Positions 9,229 through 17,585 of a stretch of DNA of 55,225 bases are shown one piece after another. The first letter of the stretch is position 1, and every line of letters starts with the position of its first letter. The position numbers and the translations under genes were made by a program. The stretch comes from a virus (Duplodnaviria; Caudoviricetes): positions 1 through 55,225 of the IMG/VR virus record IMGVR_UViG_3300044675_002532; one strand, 5' to 3'. The notes beneath the pieces are model-generated. The model did no database searches. It saw only the letters and a list, made by a program, of their open reading frames with translations, and had not been told where the DNA came from.

Positions 9229-9545
9229 GGGACCCTAGAGTAAACGTGCGCAAGGGGGTAGGGCAAGTAAAAGTTGGAGTGTAATTAGGAAGTGAAATAC
9301 CGCAGATGGGACCCACCACCCACCGGGTCGTTTCGCGTGCCCGCCCGCCCGCCGGGGTGCGACTGATTCTCATTCCGATTGACTGAAAGGGACCCTAGGC
9401 CTGCGGCGCATTCCGGGCCGCGCATCGCGCCCGCCCGCCGATAGTCGCGCCCGGTTATGTGCGGGCATGTGCCCGCCACATGCGGGCGGACCGGGTCGCG
9501 CATGGTGCTAGCAATTGCGCGGAATGCCCGCGCATATATATGACG

Positions 9546-9582
9546 CTAGCCGCTTGCGCATGGGTGCGGAATGCCCGATAAT
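9546..9582 (+). promoter_or_regulatory. Early promoter with operator-like site overlapping the -35
   Basis: TTGCGC(9554)-17 bp-GATAAT(9577); CTAGCCGCTTG at 9546-9556. Confidence 0.5.
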
Positions 9583-9623
9583 TTCCGGGCGCAATAGTGC
9601 GCACAAACTACGGAACCAAAACG

Positions 9624-10430
9624 ATGAAAACTAAACTCTTGAACATCGATGCGAATGCGAAAACCGTTAAAGGGCAGGAGCACGGATATATGACGGGCGT
9701 TTTATATCTTGCGCCTGCCGACTCATCGGGCACTGAGCTTTGTGCACTATCAAAAGTCGCCGATTGTGTCGCCGATTGTCTTAACACGGCGGGCCGGGGT
9801 GGCATGTCACCCGGTAGCGTGCAATTCACAGCGCCGAACGGCGAGAGCTTGCCGGATAACGCGATTCAACGGGCGCGATTGGCGCGCACCTTTTTATTTT
9901 TGAATGATCGCGACACCTTTATGACGAAACTGGTTCGCGAAATTGAGAATGCAAAGAAAAAAGCGCACAAGGCTGGCAAGGTGCTAGTCATTCGCCTGAA
10001 TGGCACTAGTGATATTCGATGGGAAAACTACCCGGCGGAGCGTGCCGGGAAAGTGTACCCGCACGTTTTCGCCGCCTTTCCTGAGCTGCAATTCTATGAC
10101 TACACGAAATTGCCGAACCGGCGAGTGTCCGGAATTGCAAACTATCATTTGACGTTTAGCTACTCGCACGCGCCCGCATTCGCGCCAATTGTCGCAAAGG
10201 CGCTGAGCTTCTACGGCAAGTCGGTAGGATTCGCCGCTGTATTTAAGGGCAAGCTCCCGGCGCATTTTCTCGGGCGCGATGTGATCAACGGCGACGAATC
10301 AGACTTGCGCTTTTTAGATGCGCCCGGAAAAGTGGCGGGCCTGAAAGCAAAGGGCCGCGCCCGGAAAAGCGCAAGCGCCTTTGCGGTACCGGCGGACTAT
10401 TCTCCAGCCCGCGTGCTAGTCGCTGCCTGA
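9624..10430 (+). CDS. GP88-like protein (Cys cluster, possible Fe-S/radical-SAM-like)
   Basis: C-x7-C-x3-C cluster, IRLNGTSD, FYDYTK, NYHLTFS, GDESDLRFLD motifs. Confidence 0.75.
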   Translation: MKTKLLNIDANAKTVKGQEHGYMTGVLYLAPADSSGTELCALSKVADCVADCLNTAGRGGMSPGSVQFTAPNGESLPDNAIQRARLARTFLFLNDRDTFMTKLVREIENAKKKAHKAGKVLVIRLNGTSDIRWENYPAERAGKVYPHVFAAFPELQFYDYTKLPNRRVSGIANYHLTFSYSHAPAFAPIVAKALSFYGKSVGFAAVFKGKLPAHFLGRDVINGDESDLRFLDAPGKVAGLKAKGRARKSASAFAVPADYSPARVLVAA

Positions 10431-10488
10431 GCTTGCAGCTTATAGGGCGCCCGCCCGTGGGGCGCCTTATGGGGTGCAATTTCGCGCC
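10429..10488 (+). other. Long imperfect intergenic hairpin (possible RNase III site)
   Basis: GAGCTTGCAGCTTATAGGGCGCCC pairs with GGGCGCCTTATGGGGTGCAATTTC. Confidence 0.55.
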
Positions 10489-10504
10489 AGCAAAAGGTGA
10501 TCAC

Positions 10505-10681
10505 ATGAAAGCTTTCCCCTATCGCGCCCGCGTGCTAGTCAAACGCGCTAATGGTGAAATTCTCGCCGACTATATCCGGACCTATCGCGGTAACCGGATA
10601 GTTGCTGCTAACCGTATGACGCGGGCCGCGTTTAAAAACTACCCGCTGGCGCGTTATGTGCGCGTCGAAGCTCTGAGCTAG
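10505..10681 (+). CDS. Small basic early protein
   Basis: AAGGTGA RBS, MKAFPYRARV..., 58 aa. Confidence 0.7.
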   Translation: MKAFPYRARVLVKRANGEILADYIRTYRGNRIVAANRMTRAAFKNYPLARYVRVEALS

Positions 10682-10817
10682 TCGCGCCCGGAGCTTGACC
10701 GGCTGATTTTCGCGCGGGCCACGTGCTCGCCACGGATGCGCTCGCCTATTTTCCGGCGAGCCTGAAAACCCTCGTTTTCGAGGGCCGGTGCCGTTTTGCG
10801 CCCAGAAGCGCCCGAGC

Positions 10818-11366
10818 CTATCCCCGTGATTGGGGGTCAGAATCCGTTTTGCCCGGATTTTCCGGAATCGGCTCGGCGTCTATCGTGATCCCTTTTTGGA
10901 TTAGCCCGGTTAATTCGGACATGAGTTCGCCCCGATGGTGCACGACTTCGATGTTGGCATTCACATCGACCTGCTGTCGGTCCGACCAGCCGAGGCGCGT
11001 CTTCGTGAGCCAGATCGCTGCCGTGTCGCTGCCCGCGATCGCACGCTGGGCGAGACTTCCCACGACCTCGGCCATCACACGCTGCCGACCGTGGGTCGCC
11101 TCATCGTGATAGTACTGCGCGATCGTTTCCGCGCTGATTTTGCAGACTTTGCAGATATCAGCCTGCGAGAACCCAGCGAGGGCCATCGTGGTGATGGCCT
11201 GCGAAATAGCTGGATCTGGATGATTGTGCAGGCGCTTTTCAGGCGATACGGCAATTTGTTTCTTCAGCGATTCAATGTCCTTCTTAGGACGACCCGGCTT
11301 TCGCTTTACCGGCTTTTCAACAGCAGTTTCGATCGACACGGCTCCCTCTTCATTGGTCCGTTGCAT
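10818..11366 (-). CDS. terS: Terminase small subunit (putative; start may be GTG at 11339)
   Basis: KPGRPKK, HTH-like segment and SDTAAIWLTKTRLGW motif typical of TerS; upstream of TerL on the same strand. Confidence 0.7.
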   Translation of the reverse strand: MQRTNEEGAVSIETAVEKPVKRKPGRPKKDIESLKKQIAVSPEKRLHNHPDPAISQAITTMALAGFSQADICKVCKISAETIAQYYHDEATHGRQRVMAEVVGSLAQRAIAGSDTAAIWLTKTRLGWSDRQQVDVNANIEVVHHRGELMSELTGLIQKGITIDAEPIPENPGKTDSDPQSRG

Positions 11367-11429
11367 GTTGGGAATCTACAACCAAACTGCCCTGCCGCCA
11401 AGCGGGCAAAGGCATGAAAAAGAACAAAT

Positions 11430-11815
11430 AGAACTAATTATGTTGCGCACGAACAACACCCACTCGTAAGTTGTTGATCCATAAAGGGTAGAGATATTAT
11501 ATATATTATTATTTATTATTATATTTCTTTCTCTATCTCTTTCTGTCTAGTCGTCCCTCTGATCTGTCCACAAGTTATCCACAACCTACCTTGATATGAA
11601 GTAATTAAAGTAAATTATTCTAAGTCCATGTTCCATAAGGCTTTTTCGACGAAAAAAGGCCTAGAAATAATTATGAAGAAATAGGATTAATTGGATCAGC
11701 ACACCCCCTCCGGCCACGATGCGGTCAATCGATCTGCACAAAAGTTCTACTCTCGATTTACTGTTTCACTAATGATTCAAATCTTGACAAATCTTAACAA
11801 AACTTTGCAAAACTT
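11430..11815. other. Putative replication origin
   Basis: Non-coding; very AT-rich tract ~11493-11545; perfect DnaA box TTATCCACA at 11575-11583 next to degenerate CTGTCCACA at 11564-11572; IHF-like TAAGTTGTTGAT at 11467. Confidence 0.55.
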
Positions 11816-11818
11816 GAC

Positions 11819-11847
11819 TTGACTACGCAACCGGCTTGTGCAATAAT
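11819..11847 (+). promoter_or_regulatory. Early promoter with operator in the spacer
   Basis: TTGACT-17 bp-AATAAT; CAACCGGCTTG at 11828-11838. Confidence 0.65.
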
Positions 11848-11907
11848 GATCATACGGTGATCCAACGCGGTCATCGCGCTCTATAACAACTTACTAGGAG
11901 AATGCAC

Positions 11908-12258
11908 ATGGCAAAGCACGATCATGTCTTGTCGAACGGTTACACCTACCTCGCTGTGACGGCGGGTAATTACGGGTCATGGGCGAAGGCAACCGACCCT
12001 ATGACCGCGATCCGAAACGCCGCCGACGAGAACGGCTACGGTGAAGCGAACAAAGTCACCGTGATGTGTATGTACGGCAAGAGCGACTCGCTCCGATGCG
12101 GTAGCTTCGGTGGGTTCTACTGGGATGAGGGTGCAAACCCAACCCCGATTGGAATGTTCACCGTCACCCCGAAGGCGATCACGAAGCACGCCGACTGCGT
12201 CAAGTTCATCGAACAGGCGCTGACGGACATTGCAGAGTCGCAAAGCGAAGCAGCCTGA
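11908..12258 (+). CDS. Early hypothetical protein
   Basis: AGGAG RBS, own promoter, downstream hairpin. Confidence 0.75.
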   Translation: MAKHDHVLSNGYTYLAVTAGNYGSWAKATDPMTAIRNAADENGYGEANKVTVMCMYGKSDSLRCGSFGGFYWDEGANPTPIGMFTVTPKAITKHADCVKFIEQALTDIAESQSEAA

Positions 12259-12317
12259 CCAACCGGCGGGGGACCTCCAACCCCGCCTCCCCTCTCCCAG
12301 TAAGTGAGCACCCCCTA

Positions 12318-12345
12318 TTGCAACCCAACCCGCTTGTGCTAATAT
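12318..12345 (+). promoter_or_regulatory. Early promoter with operator in the spacer
   Basis: TTGCAA...TAATAT; CAACCCGCTTG at 12326-12336. Confidence 0.55.
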
Positions 12346-12383
12346 CAGGCCGTCTGAACCCAAACTCAAACGAGGCTAAAACG

Positions 12384-12740
12384 ATGAACACCGAGTTTTT
12401 TCCGAAAGTGAACGGCTACTCGCCATGGGGTCAACTCATTAGCGTGAACCGCCTTGCCGAGGGCATCATTCTGGTATCAAGCCAGACCCACGGTGGAATC
12501 TGGTTATCTCCTGAGCGCCGCGCTCAGCTTGCCGAGCAGTCACCGTGGGCGATCACCGCCGTCGAGGGCCGCAGCTATTGCGCGAAGCCGATGTGGTGGG
12601 AAGAGGATTGCGAGGCCGTACTCCCGCTGATCGCCTTCTGGGATGAACTGCCGGTCCTGATGCGCCGCAATTCCTACTACACGCGCCTGATTCGCACCGC
12701 GAACTCCACTTACGGGCTAACCCTCTCGGAGGCAGCATGA
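12384..12740 (+). CDS. DUF7007-like protein
   Basis: SPWG...GIILVSSQTHGGIWLS...WWEEDCE motif. Confidence 0.65.
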   Translation: MNTEFFPKVNGYSPWGQLISVNRLAEGIILVSSQTHGGIWLSPERRAQLAEQSPWAITAVEGRSYCAKPMWWEEDCEAVLPLIAFWDELPVLMRRNSYYTRLIRTANSTYGLTLSEAA

Positions 12741-13057
12741 ACAAGCACACCACCGGCCCATGGAAAGCCACCCACGCCTTGGGCGACCAAGGTATCGCCC
12801 GCCACATCTGGTCCGCCACCGATGGCGTCACGAGCCATCGCGAACTGGTCGCGATGATTCCCGATGTTGATGGCGATCGCGAGCACATCAACGCCGACGC
12901 CCGCCTTATCGCAGCAGCACCAGAACTGTTAGAAGCACTCATTGAGTGCGAACGCTGTGTAAACGAACTGTTTCAGGAAACCGGGCTGCACGAGTATATG
13001 AACGTGAGCGATCTCGCCAGAGCCGCCATCGCGAAAGCGACCGGAGGTGCACCATGA
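12737..13057 (+). CDS. Phage hypothetical protein
   Basis: HTTGPW...ADARLIAAAPELLEAL...ARAAIAKATG, a common phage early-gene pattern. Confidence 0.8.
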   Translation: MNKHTTGPWKATHALGDQGIARHIWSATDGVTSHRELVAMIPDVDGDREHINADARLIAAAPELLEALIECERCVNELFQETGLHEYMNVSDLARAAIAKATGGAP

Positions 13058-13242
13058 GACAGCCCCAGACCCCTCGCGAGGCACTCACCCTCGCCCTCTT
13101 CCTCGCCATCACAGCAGATACTGAGGAACGCACCCAGATGGCAATTGATCTGGCGAACGAACTTGCCAGCATGATGCACCCGGATGACATCCGCGCAGCA
13201 AAGCTCGCCGCCAAACGCCGAGCCGCGAAGGTGCTCCAATGA
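13054..13242 (+). CDS. Hypothetical protein
   Basis: GGAGG RBS, ATGA coupling. Confidence 0.7.
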   Translation: MRQPQTPREALTLALFLAITADTEERTQMAIDLANELASMMHPDDIRAAKLAAKRRAAKVLQ

Positions 13243-13463
13243 AGCGCCTCCAACTGGCCATGTCACCCGCCAACGGGCGCTGGTATCGCGTCTCGATCAC
13301 CCAGATGCGCTACTTTCCGATAAACCGGCTGGACGCGCTGGAGCTACTGCGCACCGGTAAAGCCACGGAGGTGCTCTACAGGCCGTTTTCACGCCCGGAT
13401 CTGCACCAAGCCGCCCGGTACGTGGAAGACGCCATCCAGAGGGCGCTGGAGGTCACCAGATGA
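13239..13463 (+). CDS. Hypothetical protein
   Basis: ATGA coupling at both ends. Confidence 0.7.
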   Translation: MKRLQLAMSPANGRWYRVSITQMRYFPINRLDALELLRTGKATEVLYRPFSRPDLHQAARYVEDAIQRALEVTR

Positions 13464-13660
13464 AGCGCGGAACCATCTTCGAGCATAAGTACTGGTTCGA
13501 CACCAAGCACATGCCGCAGCTATGCGTAGTAACAGACATTCGCAGACAGCACATCTATTTCAAGGCATTGGATTCTGGCAAGCCGATTGGGAGTTCTCAC
13601 GACTTCCACATCGGATACCAGAGTCGGAACGTGGGGCAAATACTGGAGGAACCAAAATGA
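13460..13660 (+). CDS. Hypothetical protein
   Basis: GGAGG RBS, ATGA coupling. Confidence 0.7.
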   Translation: MKRGTIFEHKYWFDTKHMPQLCVVTDIRRQHIYFKALDSGKPIGSSHDFHIGYQSRNVGQILEEPK

Positions 13661-14301
13661 ACCCGTTAAGAATTAACCGAATGATGTTCTCGGAAATGTT
13701 CTGGCAGATAGTGCGCAACCAGCGGCCACGCCCGCCCGAGCTAGCCACCGATATGGACACCTTGAGCGATTTGGTGGAGAGCGCGGATTACAAGACCGGC
13801 ACCATTAATTTGGAAGATGCGTTTTGTCTTTTTGATTTGGTGAGTTACTTCAACCCGAAAGGCATCGCCGAGGTGGGCACCTTCATCGGGAGATCCACGA
13901 TCGCGATGTCATACGCAGCCGAGGTGAACACGGTCATCCACACCTGCGACGCCAGCAACGCGATCGAACTGCCTGTTCTTGGGCGGGCGAAGATCTACCA
14001 GTACCCGCGTAAGACATCCACCCAGATGTTTGAAGAACTAATCACGCAGAAGGTCAAGCCGGACTTTTTCTACATAGACGGGCGCTTGAGGGGCGACGAT
14101 GTCGCGCTCATGGCGAAGCTCAACAAGAATGCCGTGATCCTGCTGGATGACTTCGAGGGGGTCGAGAAGGGCGTCTCGAACGCTCAGCTATTGCTCTTCA
14201 GCACCGAGTTCAGCGGGCACATGCTGATCTACCCGAGAACCCCGCACGGAAAGACCGCAGTCATGCTACCCATTTCGATGCTGCAATTTGTCGTTCAATG
14301 A
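13657..14301 (+). CDS. Class I SAM-dependent methyltransferase (Methyltransf_24-like)
   Basis: IAEVGTFIGRST motif I, HTCD, DFFYIDG, ILLDD. Confidence 0.8.
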   Translation: MNPLRINRMMFSEMFWQIVRNQRPRPPELATDMDTLSDLVESADYKTGTINLEDAFCLFDLVSYFNPKGIAEVGTFIGRSTIAMSYAAEVNTVIHTCDASNAIELPVLGRAKIYQYPRKTSTQMFEELITQKVKPDFFYIDGRLRGDDVALMAKLNKNAVILLDDFEGVEKGVSNAQLLLFSTEFSGHMLIYPRTPHGKTAVMLPISMLQFVVQ

Positions 14302-14305
14302 CCCC

Positions 14306-14334
14306 TTGCACAGCGCAAGCGGCTTGAGTATTAT
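14306..14334 (+). promoter_or_regulatory. Early promoter with palindromic operator
   Basis: TTGCAC-17 bp-TATTAT; CAAGCGGCTTG at 14316-14326. Confidence 0.7.
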
Positions 14335-14379
14335 CCACCTGTCGATATCACGAACTGCAAACTAATTAGGAGATTTGCA

Positions 14380-14757
14380 ATGCGATACGAAGTGACGATG
14401 AGCGGTGCCAACGGCACCTTCTTTCAGGGCCTCGTGCTGGCCACCTACTCGGAGCTGGTGAACGCATTCGGTCGCCCCCTCCCCGGCGACGGCGAGAAGA
14501 CCCAAGCCGAGTGGGTCATTGAATTCCTCGACGAGAACGACGATCTGCACGTAGCCACGATCTACGACTGGCGCAAAGACACGCCCCCTGAGCAGGTCAC
14601 GATCTGGAACGTGGGCGGGTTCAAGCCCAACGTCGTGGAGATGGTGGAGGACGCCATCTCTTACGCTCGGGACATGCGCTTTGAAGAAGAGAACCGCATG
14701 TACCAGTGGGATCTGGATTGGGCGCAGGAAGAGCTGGACCGCCGCTCAGCCCACTAA
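14380..14757 (+). CDS. Phage hypothetical protein
   Basis: AGGAG RBS; YSELVNAFG..KTQAEW..ATIYDWR..WNVGG. Confidence 0.8.
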   Translation: MRYEVTMSGANGTFFQGLVLATYSELVNAFGRPLPGDGEKTQAEWVIEFLDENDDLHVATIYDWRKDTPPEQVTIWNVGGFKPNVVEMVEDAISYARDMRFEEENRMYQWDLDWAQEELDRRSAH

Positions 14758-14767
14758 AACAACCCCC

Positions 14768-14796
14768 TTGCGCTAATCACGCGAGGGGACTAATCT
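14768..14796 (+). promoter_or_regulatory. Putative promoter
   Basis: CCCC-TTGCGC-17 bp-TAATCT. Confidence 0.5.
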
Positions 14797-14844
14797 CTAC
14801 GCAACCAGCTTGAACCCAAACCCAAACGATACAGGAACACAAAC

Positions 14845-15003
14845 ATGGACATGTACTACTACTGTCAGAAGTGCAAGATCGAATTCGAGTGCACCGAGGT
14901 TTATAGCAACGCCTACGGCGATTGGGATGTCTGCCCGTACTGTCTCGGTGAGGACTACTACGAGTTGGAGTTTAAAGAGGAAGAGCTGCTTGAAGACGAG
15001 TGA
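14845..15003 (+). CDS. Small Zn-ribbon protein (not in the ORF track)
   Basis: MDMYYYCQKC...CPYCLG, AGGA RBS. Confidence 0.7.
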   Translation: MDMYYYCQKCKIEFECTEVYSNAYGDWDVCPYCLGEDYYELEFKEEELLEDE

Positions 15004-15358
15004 CTTCTGGTCGCTGTACGGGCTGACTCCAAAGCCCGTCAGATTCTGTCCGCTCTGTCACACGGAGCACTATGGCAAGTGTCACTTCTTGCGTGGACGC
15101 AAGCACGCGAAAGCGAAAGCCGAAGAGGTCGCAAAGTGGAATGCCGCGCAGCAAGAACGCAAGAAACTCTTTCACGCTCAGAAATTAATCAGGGAGCTAT
15201 CCGATGCCGTTGAAACCGGAAGACGTACTGCAAGACCCACGGGTTGGCTCGGTCGAAAGCCGGGTCCGAAAAGTAGATTGGATCTGGCAACAGATCAAAG
15301 ACAAACAAAGAGAAATACGATTACTAGAAAACGAACTAGCGAGGACAACGAACGATGA
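14990..15358 (+). CDS. Hypothetical protein with CxxC/H cluster
   Basis: TTG start after GAGGA; FCPLCHTEHYGKC; the true start is probably internal to the 14810 ORF. Confidence 0.5.
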   Translation: MKTSDFWSLYGLTPKPVRFCPLCHTEHYGKCHFLRGRKHAKAKAEEVAKWNAAQQERKKLFHAQKLIRELSDAVETGRRTARPTGWLGRKPGPKSRLDLATDQRQTKRNTITRKRTSEDNER

Positions 15359-15389
15359 ATATCTGGATCACGATCCTAGATTGGATTAA
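15204..15389 (+). CDS. Hypothetical coiled-coil protein
   Basis: AGGGAG RBS; overlaps the previous ORF in another frame. Confidence 0.5.
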   Translation: MPLKPEDVLQDPRVGSVESRVRKVDWIWQQIKDKQREIRLLENELARTTNDEYLDHDPRLD

Positions 15390-15479
15390 GCGCCGCCAAG
15401 CAGAAGCACACCGAGAATGGGCGAGCGTACCGGAGCCGAACTGGGCTTGCTCACGCCGACGCAGCGGAGGGAACTACTG

Positions 15480-15668
15480 GTGAAGATTGAAACTAGAAAG
15501 CCGCGCACTTCAAAAGACGCGCAAATGGAAGAGATTGCCAAACTACTGGCACAGCTTGACGCCATGGAAATTGAGAAGGCCAGAGAGCGAGGCGAGATGA
15601 TCTTTATTGAGATCATGGTGTTCGTTCTGGGCTTGATGTTGGGCTTTGCAGCAGGGCGAGTGTTGTGA
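15480..15668 (+). CDS. Small protein with C-terminal TM segment
   Basis: GGAGG RBS, GTG start, hydrophobic C-terminus. Confidence 0.55.
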   Translation: MKIETRKPRTSKDAQMEEIAKLLAQLDAMEIEKARERGEMIFIEIMVFVLGLMLGFAAGRVL

Positions 15669-15889
15669 GCGAATACACCAAGATCTCGCGCTACAACCCG
15701 CGCCTGTCATTTGAGCAGTACAAGATCGTACTGAAGCGCAAGAAGTTAGCTAGAGAAGAGAATGAGCGAGTGCGCTACAAAGATCTCGTACAAGAGTGGG
15801 GCATCCGTCAGTCCGTTATCGGCACCGCAATACGCCGAGGGATTAAGCAGTACGACTATGTGCTGTGGAAGCAGGGTGAGCAGATATGA
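15665..15889 (+). CDS. Small HTH-like protein
   Basis: YKDLVQEWGIRQSVIGTAIRRG. Confidence 0.6.
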   Translation: MSEYTKISRYNPRLSFEQYKIVLKRKKLAREENERVRYKDLVQEWGIRQSVIGTAIRRGIKQYDYVLWKQGEQI

Positions 15890-16098
15890 AGATTGAAGTC
15901 AGCTCCGACCTGCTCGAAGAGATTACGGCAGCGGAATTAAAGATCACCCTGAAGTCGCTTCAGAGAGATTACAGGGATCGCAAAGCGGGCAAGCAGATGT
16001 ACATATTCAGCTCTGATAAGGCAGCGGATCTGGCCGAGCTGAAGCAGCACATCGACGCATTCAAGTTGGTGGGGCGGTACTACGGAGCGAAGGTATGA
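15886..16098 (+). CDS. Hypothetical protein
   Basis: ATGA-coupled ORF. Confidence 0.7.
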   Translation: MKIEVSSDLLEEITAAELKITLKSLQRDYRDRKAGKQMYIFSSDKAADLAELKQHIDAFKLVGRYYGAKV

Positions 16099-16400
16099 CC
16101 CGCGACGACATCATCCGACTGGCGCGAGAGGCAGGAGCGGCGACAGGTCGCCACAGCCCGTACCAGAAAAATGAATCGATTATGCCGTTGTGTATGGACG
16201 TTGAACGATTCGCCGCCCTCGTTGCCGCAGCCGAGCGGGAGGCGTGTATAAAGGCGTGTGAGGAAGATTTGCGAGATAAGTATTTGCGCCAACATCGACC
16301 TATACAAGAGGAAGTTATGTTGCTGGCTGCTATTGCAGACTGCGCCGCCGCCATCCGTGCGAGGGGTAACACCGGCATCAAGTGGGAGGTAGAACCATGA
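16095..16400 (+). CDS. Phage hypothetical protein
   Basis: MTRDDIIRLAREAG...ERFAALVAAAEREAC...CAAAIRARG pattern. Confidence 0.8.
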   Translation: MTRDDIIRLAREAGAATGRHSPYQKNESIMPLCMDVERFAALVAAAEREACIKACEEDLRDKYLRQHRPIQEEVMLLAAIADCAAAIRARGNTGIKWEVEP

Positions 16401-17110
16401 ACGACCCGATGGCACGAGGCGGAGTGCGCCGCTACTTGGACACCGTAACCCCCGAGGAATACATCCCTGACACGGGCGAGGTGAACCTGAAAGAGATGAC
16501 GCTCACGGGACTGGCTGACTTATTCGGCAGCGACAAGGGCAATGTAAAGCATTGCTATACAGACGTATACGAGCGCATCGTAGCCGAGATGATCCGCACC
16601 GAGGGACAGCCCCGGCACAAGTGCGTGTTCGAGATAGCCGAAGCCGGTGTAGCGTGTGGCGCATCACTCCACATGTGGGCGCACTACCTACCGGTATCGA
16701 ATATCACGGGCTTCGACATCCGCGAGGAGTGCGCGAGCCTGTGTAAGAACCTGCCGAACGTGGACATTCACATACTCGACTTGTGCAAGAACGCACCGCC
16801 TGATGATGCGATGTACGACCTGTTCATTGATGACGCGAGCCACATCTCGGAGCAGATGGTCGAGATGTTTGGCAACGTGTGGGATCAAATCCGACCCGGC
16901 GGGTATTACGTGATCGAAGATCTGAAGTGTACGTACAACGACGCCTACACCAACCAGTTCCGTCAATACTTCGACGCGCAAGCAGTCAACAGTCGCGAAA
17001 CGGTGATGTCGTTTATGGATCAGATCATGCGGATCGTTGATGCGCGTGGACAGATTGCAGAGTTTAGTTACTACCCTCAACTTTTAGTGATTCGCAAAGG
17101 TGAAGTATGA
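16397..17110 (+). CDS. SAM-dependent methyltransferase, sugar O-methyltransferase-like
   Basis: GSDK..H.Y..VY, EAGVACGASL, GFDI, DLFIDDASH, RPGGYYVIEDL (MycE/TylE-like signature). Confidence 0.8.
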   Translation: MNDPMARGGVRRYLDTVTPEEYIPDTGEVNLKEMTLTGLADLFGSDKGNVKHCYTDVYERIVAEMIRTEGQPRHKCVFEIAEAGVACGASLHMWAHYLPVSNITGFDIREECASLCKNLPNVDIHILDLCKNAPPDDAMYDLFIDDASHISEQMVEMFGNVWDQIRPGGYYVIEDLKCTYNDAYTNQFRQYFDAQAVNSRETVMSFMDQIMRIVDARGQIAEFSYYPQLLVIRKGEV

Positions 17111-17409
17111 GCGAAGAGTTTGATTATCTTGATCCGCCAAAGACCAAGACTGACGAAGAGACTTGGTGCAAGATCGGACCAAAAGGAACGCTGGATGTTT
17201 TCAACTGGGAGTTCGTTGAAAAGACTGCTAAAGAGTTTGATCAGACTCCAGAAGGTGGTCCGAAGAACAACGCGCAGATCATCTGCAAGCTCGCGGTATT
17301 GATCCGCCAGCAGACGCTAGAGCAGGCAGCGCAGGCACTCTTGAAGTACAAGGATGTCTCCGCTGTCTCATCCGTCATCGTATTAAAAGATCCTTTGGAG
17401 GAAGTATGA
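17107..17409 (+). CDS. Hypothetical protein
   Basis: ATGA-coupled, 100 aa. Confidence 0.7.
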   Translation: MSEEFDYLDPPKTKTDEETWCKIGPKGTLDVFNWEFVEKTAKEFDQTPEGGPKNNAQIICKLAVLIRQQTLEQAAQALLKYKDVSAVSSVIVLKDPLEEV

Positions 17410-17585
17410 GCAAGAAGGACGATAGCGCAGCCTACGGTATGGAGTTGCGGGATTACTTTGCAGCAGCCGCTGTTCAGGGAATTCTTGCGGGACATCAAGA
17501 CGGGGCGCACCCGAACATCTATAGCCTTGCGCGAGATGCTTACCGAGTAGCCGACGCCATGCTGAAGGAGCGGGAAGAACAATGA
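17406..17585 (+). CDS. Phage hypothetical protein (not in the ORF track)
   Basis: GMELRDYFAAAAVQG...AYRVADAMLKER, a widespread phage motif. Confidence 0.8.
   Translation: MSKKDDSAAYGMELRDYFAAAAVQGILAGHQDGAHPNIYSLARDAYRVADAMLKEREEQ

Larger units (their letters stand above)
7717..9398. repeat. Cluster of 10 GGGWCCC palindromes
   Basis: Copies start at 7717, 8234, 8245, 8257, 8934, 9008, 9018, 9229, 9308 and 9389; three extend to GGGACCCTAG. Confidence 0.85.

Noticed and set aside
9285-9503. ORFs in the GC-rich stretch upstream of GP88
   Set aside because: Low-complexity translations; better explained as a non-coding terminus and promoter region.
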